From: a virus
Lineage: Duplodnaviria; Caudoviricetes
Virus record (IMG/VR): IMGVR_UViG_3300032239_001501
Location: 64,001 to 128,000 of that record
Length of the DNA stretch: 64,000 nt
Direction: 5' to 3' (one strand)
Made by a program: the position numbers and the translations under genes. Of the stretch, positions 50,398 through 59,931 are shown piece by piece. Below the pieces are notes generated by a model, which worked only from the letters and a program-made list of their open reading frames with translations, had not been told where the DNA came from and did no database searches. The stretch's first letter is position 1; every line of letters begins with the position of its first letter.

Positions 50398-50793
50398 TTA
50401 GAGGATACTTATTCTTTTCTTTTCTTGTTTTTTGTAATTAGGTACGAATACCGTTAAAAGTCCATCCTCAATAGTTGCTTCAATGGAAGCTGGGTCATAT
50501 CCTTCTCCAACTGTAAATTGTTTTGAAATTGACTTGGATTTTTCTTCACCATTCAATTTATAAACTCTTTTTCCTTCAATGTGAATAACACCATTTTCCA
50601 TTTCAACTTTTAAGTTTGATTTGTTAAAGCCAGCGACTTCTAAGAAAAGATAGGCACCATCATTTGTGTTGTTTATTTCATATTTTTCCTCACTGGTATT
50701 TTTGGGTGATGAACTTGAATAATACCTGTAAGATGGAGTTGAGTTAAAAAAATTCTCCATAATGTTTCCGAAATCTGAATTTAAATAAACCAT
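50398..50793 (-). CDS. Small heat shock protein (Hsp20/alpha-crystallin)
   Basis: LEVAGFNKSNLKVE..NGVIHIEG, IEATIEDGLLTVFVP. Confidence 0.88.
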   Translation of the reverse strand: MVYLNSDFGNIMENFFNSTPSYRYYSSSSPKNTSEEKYEINNTNDGAYLFLEVAGFNKSNLKVEMENGVIHIEGKRVYKLNGEEKSKSISKQFTVGEGYDPASIEATIEDGLLTVFVPNYKKQEKKRISIL

Positions 50794-50837
50794 AATTTTG
50801 TTTTTTTGTTTTAAATTTATTATTTATATTTGTAATA

Positions 50838-50977
50838 ATCAAGTTCAATGCCACATGACAATTCCTGTCAATTTGTAAGTTCTTTCTAATTTAATATGTC
50901 ATAATGACATACAATAAAAAAATAAAACGACAATTTGTCAAATAATTTGGCAATGTCCCAAATTTGATACATCTTTG
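50838..50977. promoter_or_regulatory. Divergent hsp20/clpC control region with palindromic TGACA/TGTCA sites
   Basis: TGACA-N5-TGTCA at 50856-50870; TATGTCAT-A-ATGACATA at 50895-50911; GACAA-T-TTGTC at 50929-50939; sigma54-like TGGCATTGAACTTGAT on - at 50838-50853. Confidence 0.5.
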
Positions 50978-50993
50978 TAAAAATTAATTAACT

Positions 50994-53009
50994 ATGAACG
51001 ATATTATGGATGATGACGACAAAATAATGAGTAAAAAACAAAAACAAAATTCAGACAGTAATACACCTGTCTTGGATAATTTCAGTAGAGATTTAAATAA
51101 ATTGGCGGAAGCCGGTAAGTTAGATCCTGTTATTGGACGTGATAGAGAGATTTTAAGAATCGCTCAAATCTTATCTCGCAGAAAGAAAAACAATCCTATT
51201 ATTATAGGAGAACCTGGTTGTGGTAAAACCGCAATTGTTGAAGGTTTGGCAATGAAGATTGTAAGTGGTGAATGTCCCAAAAATCTTATTGATAAACGAG
51301 TCGTAAATCTTGATTTAACTTCAGTTGTTGCTGGCACAAAATATCGTGGTCAGTTTGAAGAAAGAATGAAAGTCATTATTGAAGAACTTCAAGCAAACCC
51401 AAACATCATTATCTTTATTGATGAGATACATACACTTGTTGGGTCTGGTAATTCTGCAGGTTCAATGGATGGTTCCAATATTTTCAAACCCGCATTATCT
51501 CGTGGTGAATTGCAATGTATCGGAGCAACAACTCTTGATGAATTCCGCAAAAATATTGAAAAGGATGGAGCATTAGAACGTAGATTCCAAAAAGTAATTG
51601 TTGAACCATCTACAGTTGTGGAAACAATCCAAATTCTTAAAAATGTTCGTGAAAAATACGAAACATTCCATAAGGTAACTTATTCCGATGATGTTATTGA
51701 GGCTTGTGTTAAATTGGCTGATAGGTATATTACCGATCGTGAATTCCCTGATAAAGCGTTTGATATCTTAGATGAAGTTGGAGCTCGTATGCAAACCGAC
51801 ATAAAAATTCCTGAAGTAATAGAAGAATTAAAAAGGAAGGCATCAGAACTTAGACAATTGAAAATAGATGTTGTTAAAAAACAAAATTATGAACAAGCAG
51901 CAGAATTACGAGATAAGGAAAAGAAATTGTTAACCAAACTTGAAATTGAAAAAACCAAGTTTGAAGAAAATCAATCAAAAGATAAAAAAATAATTTCACT
52001 TGAAAACGTATATGATGTTGTATCTAATATGGTAAAAATTCCTGTGAATAAAATGAGTGTTGATGATAAAAAATCATTAATTAATTTGGATAAAGAATTA
52101 ATAGGTAAAGTTATCGGTCAAAACGCCGCAGTTATCAAGATTGCAAAATCAATCAAAAGAAATAGACTGGGAATTAAAGACCCAAATCGTCCAATCGGTT
52201 CATTTGTATTTTTGGGTTCAACGGGTGTCGGTAAAACACACTTGGCAAAACAATTGGCAAAAGAAATGTTTGGTTCCGAAGATTCATTAATCCGTGTGGA
52301 TATGAGTGAATATCAAGAAAAGCATACAATATCTAAATTGGTAGGGGCTCCTCCAGGATATGTTGGATATGAAGAAGGTGGACAATTAACTGAAAAGGTT
52401 AAAAACAAACCATATTCAGTAATCCTATTTGATGAAGTGGAAAAAGCACATAAAGATGTTTTTACCATCTTACTTCAAATTTTAGATGATGGACACGTAA
52501 CTGATAGTCTTGGTAGAAAGATTAATTTTAAAAATACATTAATTATTTTAACCTCAAACTTGGGAGTTAAAAAATTACAAGACTTTGGTACAGGGATTGG
52601 ATTTTCAAGTAACGCATACTCAAATGAAGAGGCTAAAAAACAAGTATTGATGAAAGAGATGAAGAATTTCTTTTCACCTGAATTTTTGAACCGTATTGAT
52701 GATACAATTGTATTCAATTCATTAAGTCCTGATGATATTAAGAAAATTACTGATATTGAACTTAAAAAATTAGTAGACCGTCTTAAAGAAATGAAATATA
52801 CAATCACTTATGATGATACCTTAATTGATTATCTTGCAAAAGTTGGGTTTGATGAATCTTATGGTGCAAGACCTCTTAAAAGAGCAATTCAAGATAAAAT
52901 TGAAGACCTATTATCTGAAGAAGTATTAACAGGTAAAATGATTGAAAATAAATCCTACCATATTAAAGTGGATGGTGAAGAAATCAAGATACAGAAAAAA
53001 GGTAGATAA
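50994..53009 (+). CDS. clpC: ClpC-like AAA+ unfoldase lacking the N-terminal Clp repeat domain
   Basis: [18 protein letters not shown] coil ([11 protein letters not shown]), [19 protein letters not shown] ClpP-docking loop. Confidence 0.9.
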   Translation: MNDIMDDDDKIMSKKQKQNSDSNTPVLDNFSRDLNKLAEAGKLDPVIGRDREILRIAQILSRRKKNNPIIIGEPGCGKTAIVEGLAMKIVSGECPKNLIDKRVVNLDLTSVVAGTKYRGQFEERMKVIIEELQANPNIIIFIDEIHTLVGSGNSAGSMDGSNIFKPALSRGELQCIGATTLDEFRKNIEKDGALERRFQKVIVEPSTVVETIQILKNVREKYETFHKVTYSDDVIEACVKLADRYITDREFPDKAFDILDEVGARMQTDIKIPEVIEELKRKASELRQLKIDVVKKQNYEQAAELRDKEKKLLTKLEIEKTKFEENQSKDKKIISLENVYDVVSNMVKIPVNKMSVDDKKSLINLDKELIGKVIGQNAAVIKIAKSIKRNRLGIKDPNRPIGSFVFLGSTGVGKTHLAKQLAKEMFGSEDSLIRVDMSEYQEKHTISKLVGAPPGYVGYEEGGQLTEKVKNKPYSVILFDEVEKAHKDVFTILLQILDDGHVTDSLGRKINFKNTLIILTSNLGVKKLQDFGTGIGFSSNAYSNEEAKKQVLMKEMKNFFSPEFLNRIDDTIVFNSLSPDDIKKITDIELKKLVDRLKEMKYTITYDDTLIDYLAKVGFDESYGARPLKRAIQDKIEDLLSEEVLTGKMIENKSYHIKVDGEEIKIQKKGR

Positions 53010-53019
53010 CCTTAAAACA

Positions 53020-53048
53020 AAACCCTCACAGAAATGTGGGGGTTTATT
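53020..53048 (+). terminator. Terminator after clpC
   Basis: AAACCCTCACA-GAAA-TGTGGGGGTTT followed by ATT. Confidence 0.75.
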
Positions 53049-53084
53049 ATATCTATAATAAATGAAAACTTTAACAAATAAAAA

Positions 53085-53123
53085 ATCGGGTGAGGAATAT
53101 ATTGATATTTCCAACCACCCGAT
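53085..53123 (-). terminator. Hairpin/terminator after the peptidase gene
   Basis: ATCGGGTG...CACCCGAT stem preceded by an A-run on +. Confidence 0.55.
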
Positions 53124-53158
53124 AATAAAAAGGTATTTATATAAATTAGAAAGTTTTA

Positions 53159-54001
53159 TTAAAAAACACTTCTACTTCTCCAATCATATTGTTTTGCTTC
53201 CTTATAATGTAATTTATATCCAAGATTTTCAATCATTTTACGTCCCATATTAATTCCATTAAACACATCCTCAACAACTACATACTCACTGGGAGTATGA
53301 TAATTATAATATCCTATTGAAAAATTAATACAAGAAAAATTAAACTTACCTCTTAACGCATAAACATCTGTATATGGATGAACCATGTATTGCATATCTT
53401 CATTAATCATTCCTTCGGTTAATACTTTATCACACGCCTTAAAAAAATCAGAATCTCTATCAAATAATACCTGTCCAAAACATTTTTCAGTAATCATCCA
53501 ATTTTCAGGAGCATCAAATTGAATCCCATATCCAACATTTGTGAAAAATTCTTCTTTTGCCTTCATGGAACCATGACAACCTGTTTCTTCAGATACAAAA
53601 AATGCAGCCTTTAAATAAGGTAATTCTTTTAATAGAGTTAAACATGCGAATACACCACATTTATCATCTCCACCAATACCTGTAGGATTATCTTTGTTAT
53701 TATATGCTTTATAAGATAATTTAAGTTCTCCTTGAGTATTTGGTAACATCTCTTCGTGAACATTAATTGTATCAATGTTATGAACTGTATCTGTATGAGC
53801 TATCACACAAGGGAAATAGAAATCTTCCGATAATTCAGAACTTTCTTGTTTTGTGGCATAAACATTTTTATGTTCATCAACAAAATGTTCAATATTGTTT
53901 TCTGTTAACCAATTAACCAAGAACTGAACCATTAGGTCTTCTTGATATGTTTTTGTGGGGACGCTTAAAACTTCTTTAAGCAATTGTAAATCTTGTGTCA
54001 T
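53159..54001 (-). CDS. M20/M28-clan zinc peptidase-like protein
   Basis: AHTDTVH, GGDDKCG, EETGC, D, YHT metal ligands. Confidence 0.8.
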   Translation of the reverse strand: MTQDLQLLKEVLSVPTKTYQEDLMVQFLVNWLTENNIEHFVDEHKNVYATKQESSELSEDFYFPCVIAHTDTVHNIDTINVHEEMLPNTQGELKLSYKAYNNKDNPTGIGGDDKCGVFACLTLLKELPYLKAAFFVSEETGCHGSMKAKEEFFTNVGYGIQFDAPENWMITEKCFGQVLFDRDSDFFKACDKVLTEGMINEDMQYMVHPYTDVYALRGKFNFSCINFSIGYYNYHTPSEYVVVEDVFNGINMGRKMIENLGYKLHYKEAKQYDWRSRSVF

Positions 54002-54005
54002 AAGA

Positions 54006-54037
54006 CAAAGATAAGAAAAAATTATATCTCTTCCAAA
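54006..54037 (-). promoter_or_regulatory. Canonical Bacteroidota promoter
   Basis: Minus strand TTTG (54037-54034), N20, TATCTTTG (54013-54006), 4 nt before the ATG. Confidence 0.7.
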
Positions 54038-55068
54038 TTAAATAATGTTGGCTGATAAAGTAGATTATAAAAATTCTCTTCAGTTAGTTTTAATGTTGTT
54101 TGCTTCATTCCTTTTGAAAGTTTAACAACAATTTTATTTGGATTCATTTCAAAAGTTTCAATTTTAAATCTGACATCTTTATTTTTAGGTAAATTATACA
54201 TTTTATCAAGCTCAAACTTTTTACTAATTCTATCTACCATATCAACATAATCTTGCATTTTAAATTCACCATCAGATAATGAACCGTCTTCAATTTTTTC
54301 AATTATTTTATCTAAATTACGTTCAACGTAATTATTAAATGACACACTATCAAATTTTTCAGCATCTTGGTATTCGTAAGTATCCTCTTGCCATCCTCCT
54401 ATATTAATTTTATTTGCTGCAAAAATTTTAGGTAGTAATTCATAAATTGGAAGTTGTAATGAATTTTCCCTGATATACCACATAACCAAATTTCCAACAG
54501 TTGTTTTAAATTCGTCATCAGATACATAGGTAAATCCGGCTTTATTAAAATAATTATTTAATTCCTTTTCAATATAATCTTGAGCAACTTGAGTCATTTC
54601 TGAATTTTTTTCGGACATATAATCAGAAAGGATATCATCTATTTCAACTCTAAATGTTTTTATTAGTTTATTCGCAAAATCTGATCTAAATTGCTCGTTT
54701 TCCAAATCAAACTTTTTAGGATAAATTAATCTTGATATTCGTTTTAGTTTTTCAATATTATCTTCGTTTAATTCTCCAAAAATAGTATATCCACTTACAA
54801 AATCATCTTTCACCGAGTACCAATCCATAAACTCATAACCTGAATAGTTTGAATTAATCATTTTCATAAACCAAATATCATCATCATGTAATCCTATTGC
54901 TTTCCAAAATTTATCATCATTAAATCCTATCATAACAACGCTTAATCCACGATTAGAATTGTCCACACTAACATGATAAATGTCTGGATCAGAATCCTCT
55001 AATTCATATCTAGAAATTTTACCTTTAACAAAATCCCTCAAAGCCATAAATGTGTCAAATGATGCCAT
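54022..55068 (-). CDS. Hypothetical protein
   Basis: Start reassigned to ATG 55068 (MASFDTF...) because the late motif lies at 55075-55082 and the longer ORF overlaps the tmRNA. Confidence 0.6.
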   Translation of the reverse strand: MASFDTFMALRDFVKGKISRYELEDSDPDIYHVSVDNSNRGLSVVMIGFNDDKFWKAIGLHDDDIWFMKMINSNYSGYEFMDWYSVKDDFVSGYTIFGELNEDNIEKLKRISRLIYPKKFDLENEQFRSDFANKLIKTFRVEIDDILSDYMSEKNSEMTQVAQDYIEKELNNYFNKAGFTYVSDDEFKTTVGNLVMWYIRENSLQLPIYELLPKIFAANKINIGGWQEDTYEYQDAEKFDSVSFNNYVERNLDKIIEKIEDGSLSDGEFKMQDYVDMVDRISKKFELDKMYNLPKNKDVRFKIETFEMNPNKIVVKLSKGMKQTTLKLTEENFYNLLYQPTLFNLEEI

Positions 55069-55091
55069 ATTGTTTATAAATACTAGTTTTA

Positions 55092-55136
55092 ATTGTAATT
55101 TACAATATTTATACTTACCTTTGAATAAGTTCTTTA
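55092..55136 (+). promoter_or_regulatory. tmRNA promoter region (host-type plus late-type, boxA-like leader)
   Basis: ATTG (55092-55095), N20, TACCTTTG (55116-55123); TATTTATA at 55106-55113; AAGTTCTTT leader. Confidence 0.6.
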
Positions 55137-55142
55137 AAATAT

Positions 55143-55550
55143 GGGGGTGACAGGCTTTGATTTCAGGTATCAAGGATAAGTTGCAAGTAGTCGGATATCA
55201 TCTACGACTTTAATTATTGGTGGTAAACATAACAGACGCAACTTTTGCGAAAATGGCTACTCTTGGTTTAACTAGAGAAGCTGTTGTTGTTGGTGCTTAA
55301 TCTCACAGAACAACTACGGGGTTTCCCATACGTACCTTGGAACAGAAATGGTCAAGGTGTAATACCACCCGAAGATGTATTAAGAGTCTCGTTCAGGAGT
55401 CTACTCTAACACAAGTGAATCCGACACAGTTATTGGTTACGATGTCAAAATAGGAACCATTTATTTGTTTGTTATGAATAACAGAATAAACTTGTAGTAA
55501 CGTATTGTTGAACCGGAAAGACCCGGTTTCAATTACCGGCACCTCCACCA
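55143..55550 (+). ncRNA. ssrA: tmRNA (transfer-messenger RNA)
   Basis: Acceptor stem GGGGGTG/CACCTCC-A-CCA with G3:U70 Ala determinant; T-arm CCGGT-TTCAATT-ACCGG; pk1-like AGTCG/CGACT; tag frame 55235-55300 after ATAACA. Confidence 0.93.
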
Positions 55551-55574
55551 CAATTCTCATCATATCCATGATGT

Positions 55575-55609
55575 AATAAAAAAGGTTCTAATTAAGAACC
55601 TTTTTTATT
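55575..55609. terminator. Bidirectional terminator between tmRNA and HNH gene
   Basis: AATAAAAAAGGTTCT-AATTA-AGAACCTTTTTTATT perfect 15-bp stem. Confidence 0.85.
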
Positions 55610-56140
55610 TTTAACTATTAAGTCAATTAATTCATTAACCATATCATCTGACATAGTATTTTTCATCCAATTAATTGACCTTGAAACCCACCTAATATTT
55701 CCTTTAATATATCCTTTAGAACTATCTATTCTATCTAAAGAAGCGGCATATATTGGGTTTTTATCTATTTTTTTATAAGATGATAGTATAAGATTTATTC
55801 CACTAAATTCACAAATACCATTTTGTTTTTCCCATTGTTCTTTCAAATCATCAATAGTAACATCAATAATATGAATATGATTTCTTTTTTTTATATTTCT
55901 AAAATGATATCTAAATTTTGTATACTCATCATTATATCTATCATACCCTAAAGTAGTTAAATCAAATCGTTTATCTCCAAAATTTTTAACATTGTTTTTT
56001 CCGACGCAAGTTCTTGTACAAAAATTAGGTCTGTTTAATTTTTCATTTCTTCTTATTTCAGTTAATGGTTTTTCAAATTCTACGCCACAATTTTTACAAA
56101 CACATTTGCCCATTTTATATTTTATTTTCTTTTTATCCAT
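55592..56140 (-). CDS. HNH-like (homing-type) endonuclease with N-terminal Cys finger
   Basis: CKNCG...FCTRTC; QNGICEFSG; SLDRIDSSKGYIKGNIRWVS..INWMK. Confidence 0.8.
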   Translation of the reverse strand: MDKKKIKYKMGKCVCKNCGVEFEKPLTEIRRNEKLNRPNFCTRTCVGKNNVKNFGDKRFDLTTLGYDRYNDEYTKFRYHFRNIKKRNHIHIIDVTIDDLKEQWEKQNGICEFSGINLILSSYKKIDKNPIYAASLDRIDSSKGYIKGNIRWVSRSINWMKNTMSDDMVNELIDLIVKNKKGS

Positions 56141-56224
56141 ATAAATAAATATATGGAAATGTGGTAAAAAACTATGGAGATGGTTGTTTTTTTAATTTAT
56201 TATTTTTATTATTATTATTTAATT

Positions 56225-56638
56225 ATGGGAACAGATTGTAATATATGTAGTAATAAATGTTTTGGAATACCAGATCATCACGGTAGTTGTTGTACGATTG
56301 ATGTAAGAGATTACATTATGGGTGCACATCCTGATGCTGATGAATTCATTACTAATTTATCTAAAAAATTTGGTAGAGAAATTAAAAGAGAAGAAGTATT
56401 TGTTGAATATGAAGAAGGTAAAGATATGTTCTCGTATGAAAAAAATGGAATAACTGGTAAATCTATTTGGAAAAGAGAAGAATCTTATCCTGCATTAAGA
56501 GTAGATTTAAATAATCCATCACTACCTTGTATTTTTTATAATACTCATATGAGAGCTTGTAGTGTTTATGATATTAGACCTAAAATTTGTAGAGAATATG
56601 AATGTGATTATCTAACTAAAAACACTTCAAAACAATAA
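56225..56638 (+). CDS. YkgJ-family cysteine cluster protein
   Basis: CxxC...CC, CIFY, CSVYDIRPKICREYEC; start probably ATG 56225. Confidence 0.8.
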   Translation: MGTDCNICSNKCFGIPDHHGSCCTIDVRDYIMGAHPDADEFITNLSKKFGREIKREEVFVEYEEGKDMFSYEKNGITGKSIWKREESYPALRVDLNNPSLPCIFYNTHMRACSVYDIRPKICREYECDYLTKNTSKQ

Positions 56639-56692
56639 AAAATAAAATCTATATATTACGCCCTCACCTAAAAATGTTAGGGGTTTTCATAT

Positions 56693-56731
56693 TTAACAAT
56701 CAGTTAACGTATTATTAGCATTCACATAATA
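56693..56731 (+). promoter_or_regulatory. Four 11-bp-periodic TTAACA-like repeats (Pho-box/OmpR-family-like site)
   Basis: TTAACA at 56693, TTAACG at 56704, TTAGCA at 56715, ATAATA at 56726. Confidence 0.55.
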
Positions 56732-56790
56732 TTAAAATTTTACTATCCAATTTAAATTGTCTAATTATTAGTATCTAAAAACAAGATACC

Positions 56791-59700
56791 ATGATTAAAA
56801 AATTAATTCTATTTTTATTTCTTCCGATTTTTTCGTTTTCACAAATTACGACATCGGAACTTAATGGAAGAGTAAAAGAAAAGACAGGGAATATTGTCCC
56901 TCACACATCAATTCAAATAATTTATGTTCCAACAGGAACCAAGTATTCATCTTCTGCAGATGATAAGGGAATTTATCATTTTTACAATGCTAGTGTTGGT
57001 GGTCCATATATTATTAAAGCAACTTCTGTAGGTTTTAAACCATTTCAAAAAGAAGATGTATTTTTAACTCTTGGGCAAAATAATGATTTAAACATTGTTT
57101 TGGAAGAGGAAAATAAACAACTTAAAGAAGTTATTGTTACTACAACAAAATCACTAAAAAATTCTTCAGGGATGTTTATTTCTGAAGATAGGGTTAAAAG
57201 TGTCCCTATTCTTTCCAGATCAATTACAGATATTACTAAGTTAGTTCCACAATCAGTAAATAATTCATTTGCTGGAACAAACTTTAGATATAATAATGTT
57301 ACAATTGACGGAACAATTAATAATGATGTAATTGGATTTTCTCCGTCTCTAGGAGGACAGGGTAATACTTCAGGTATGCCAGGTTCATCAACAAGGACTT
57401 CACCAATTTCTATTGATGCAATAAAAGATATTCAAGTTTATATTGCACCTTTTGATGTTAAGGTTGGTAATTTCTTGGGTGGTTCAATCAATGCAATTAC
57501 AAGAAGTGGTACAAATAAAGTAGAGGGATCAGTTTATACTTTTGGAAAAAATTCATCATTGGCTGGTTTTGATAACACAAAAGGTTTTCAAGATGGACAA
57601 TATGGTTTTAGAGTAGGTTTACCTTTAATAAAAAATAAATTGTTTTTCTTTACAAACGAAGAAGTTACAGATAGAACGGAACCAGTTCAATATAATGCAA
57701 ATGGACGTGGTTTAATATCAGATTCATTGGCAAATGTTATTTCTACATTTGTAAAAACTAAATATGGTTTTAATGTTGGTAATTATGATGATTATACAAT
57801 TTATTCTCGTTCAAAAAAATATTTTAACAGATTAGATTGGAATATTAATAACCATAACCAATTAACTTTAAGAAATAATACAACAACTTCTGAAGCAACA
57901 AACTTAGAAAGAGATTTAACTAATTTTCGTTTCTCTTCTATGGATTTCAAACAAAATAACACTCAGTCATCAACTGTAATGGAATTACGTTCTCATTATG
58001 GAAAAAAATCTAATTCATTAATTTTGGGTTATACTGATATCCATGATTATAGAACACCATTAAGTGGTAATTTTGCGTTCCCACAAACTGAAATTGCTTA
58101 TAATGGTGGAACCATATTTTTAGGTAATGAAAGAGAAGCGACTGTTTTTAATTTAAAACAAAAAACAAAAGAATTAACGGATAATTTTAATTTTACATTG
58201 GGTAAACATTCTTTATTAATTGGAACTCATAATGAATTCTATGATATTGATTATGGTTTTGTTAATAGTTGGAATGGTAGAGTATCATACAAATCAGTTG
58301 CAGATTTCTTATCATCAAATGTTAATAGAGTTAGAGGTTTCTATTCAACAATTAATAACGATAGAGATTACATATTCAACAATCCATATGCACAATTTAA
58401 AGTTAATTTATTAAGTGGATATGTTCAGGATGAAATCAACTTTGGTAAATTAAAAATAACTCCGGGTATTAGATATGATTACGCACAATTACCAAATAAA
58501 CCATCTTTATCTTCACAAGCAGCTGCAGGATACACCAATGATTACTTAAATAATGGTGTTATTTCACCAAGATTAGGATTCAATTATGATGTGAATGGAG
58601 ATAAGAGTTTAATTGTAAGAGGTGGTAGTGGTGTATTTGTAGGTAGAATTCCTTTCGCTTGGATAGGATACGCTTTCTATAATGATGGTATAGGATTTGG
58701 GTCTTTTGACGTAAATAATGTTGCAGGTAAAAATGTTGGTGATGTATTAACAACACCAGCAAAACAATTTGCATTTAATAACGGACAATCCAATTTAGTT
58801 CAAACAGATTTAATTGCAAACGGCTTTAAAATGCCGAAAGTATGGAGAAGTAATTTGGCAATTGATAAAACAATCTCAGGATATAAATTAACATTAGAAG
58901 GTTTATATACACAAGTTATAACTGATTTGATGTTCCAACAAATTAACTTTAAAACTGATGAAGCAAATTATGGTTTTTTTAGTTACGATACAAAACATCA
59001 AATGCCGATTTATAACGGTGTAAAAATAAATTCTAAATTATCAAATGCTTACGCATTATCTAATACCGATAAAGGTTATAGATATCAAGGCACAATATCT
59101 CTTACTAAGAAATATAAATTTGGTTTAGATGTATACGGAGCATACACTTATGGTATATCTAAAGATATTACAAATGGTATAAGAAACTCAATGGAAAGTA
59201 ATTGGCAGTTAAATCAATCTTTAACACCAAATAATCCCCAATTGGCATATTCTAACTTTGATATCAGACATAGAATAATATCACAAATTACTAAAAAGAT
59301 TAAATCAACATCAGTTTCATTCGTATTAAATTCTCAAAGTGGGATTCCTTTCACTTGGGGATTAGTGAACTCAACTATTGCAGGAACTCCTCAATCAGCT
59401 GGTTTAGCTTATATCTTCAAAGATTTGACGGAAGCAACAAAATACATTCCAACAGCAGGACAAGCACAATCTTTTATGGATTATGTAAATAGCAATTCTT
59501 ATTTGTCTTCAAGAAAAGGAAACTTTACTGAAAGAAATGGTGGTAGAACTCCTTGGAGTACAACTATTGATACAAGATTAACTCAAAATGTTGGAAAACA
59601 TTTACAATTAACAGCGGATATTTTTAATTTAACAAACCTAATTAATAATGAATGGGGTAATATCTATTTTGTTTCAAATACATTTAATTCAACTTCATCA

Positions 59701-59853
59701 GTTGGTTTATCTAAAACATCAGGGTCATTTTCATCGGCAGGTGTTTTAACAGATGCTAAATTTTCATATAGTAAACCTACACAATTACCTTATTCAATTG
59801 ATGGAATTAACTCTAAATGGCAAATTCAATTAGGACTTAGATATAATTTTTAA
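56791..59853 (+). CDS. TonB-dependent outer-membrane receptor (Oar-like, N-terminal carboxypeptidase-regulatory-like domain)
   Basis: Signal peptide MIKKLILFLFLPIFSFSQ; LKEVIVT; plug motif PISIDAI...GGSINAITRSGTN; ISPRLGFNYD; C-terminal QLGLRYNF. Confidence 0.92.
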   Translation: MIKKLILFLFLPIFSFSQITTSELNGRVKEKTGNIVPHTSIQIIYVPTGTKYSSSADDKGIYHFYNASVGGPYIIKATSVGFKPFQKEDVFLTLGQNNDLNIVLEEENKQLKEVIVTTTKSLKNSSGMFISEDRVKSVPILSRSITDITKLVPQSVNNSFAGTNFRYNNVTIDGTINNDVIGFSPSLGGQGNTSGMPGSSTRTSPISIDAIKDIQVYIAPFDVKVGNFLGGSINAITRSGTNKVEGSVYTFGKNSSLAGFDNTKGFQDGQYGFRVGLPLIKNKLFFFTNEEVTDRTEPVQYNANGRGLISDSLANVISTFVKTKYGFNVGNYDDYTIYSRSKKYFNRLDWNINNHNQLTLRNNTTTSEATNLERDLTNFRFSSMDFKQNNTQSSTVMELRSHYGKKSNSLILGYTDIHDYRTPLSGNFAFPQTEIAYNGGTIFLGNEREATVFNLKQKTKELTDNFNFTLGKHSLLIGTHNEFYDIDYGFVNSWNGRVSYKSVADFLSSNVNRVRGFYSTINNDRDYIFNNPYAQFKVNLLSGYVQDEINFGKLKITPGIRYDYAQLPNKPSLSSQAAAGYTNDYLNNGVISPRLGFNYDVNGDKSLIVRGGSGVFVGRIPFAWIGYAFYNDGIGFGSFDVNNVAGKNVGDVLTTPAKQFAFNNGQSNLVQTDLIANGFKMPKVWRSNLAIDKTISGYKLTLEGLYTQVITDLMFQQINFKTDEANYGFFSYDTKHQMPIYNGVKINSKLSNAYALSNTDKGYRYQGTISLTKKYKFGLDVYGAYTYGISKDITNGIRNSMESNWQLNQSLTPNNPQLAYSNFDIRHRIISQITKKIKSTSVSFVLNSQSGIPFTWGLVNSTIAGTPQSAGLAYIFKDLTEATKYIPTAGQAQSFMDYVNSNSYLSSRKGNFTERNGGRTPWSTTIDTRLTQNVGKHLQLTADIFNLTNLINNEWGNIYFVSNTFNSTSSVGLSKTSGSFSSAGVLTDAKFSYSKPTQLPYSIDGINSKWQIQLGLRYNF

Positions 59854-59878
59854 TTAAAATAATACAATGTATTTTTCC

Positions 59879-59905
59879 CCCCTCCTAAGACGAGGGGTTT
59901 TTTAT
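59879..59905 (+). terminator. Terminator after the TonB receptor gene
   Basis: CCCCTC-CTAAGAC-GAGGGG followed by a T-tract. Confidence 0.75.
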
Positions 59906-59931
59906 TTCATTTATTTTATTATCATTACAAA

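Noticed and set aside
53062-53253. 63-aa plus-strand ORF after clpC
   Set aside because: Spans a terminator-like hairpin and overlaps the 3' end of the convergent peptidase; no recognisable motif
55069-55173. N-terminal extension of the 54022-55173 ORF
   Set aside because: Overlaps the tmRNA 5' end and its promoter; ATG 55068 has the late motif directly upstream
56150-56185. Weak inverted similarity to the tmRNA 3' end (CTCCA...ACCACA) on the far side of the HNH gene, as a possible att or insertion scar
   Set aside because: Too short and gapped to exceed chance; no integrase in the window
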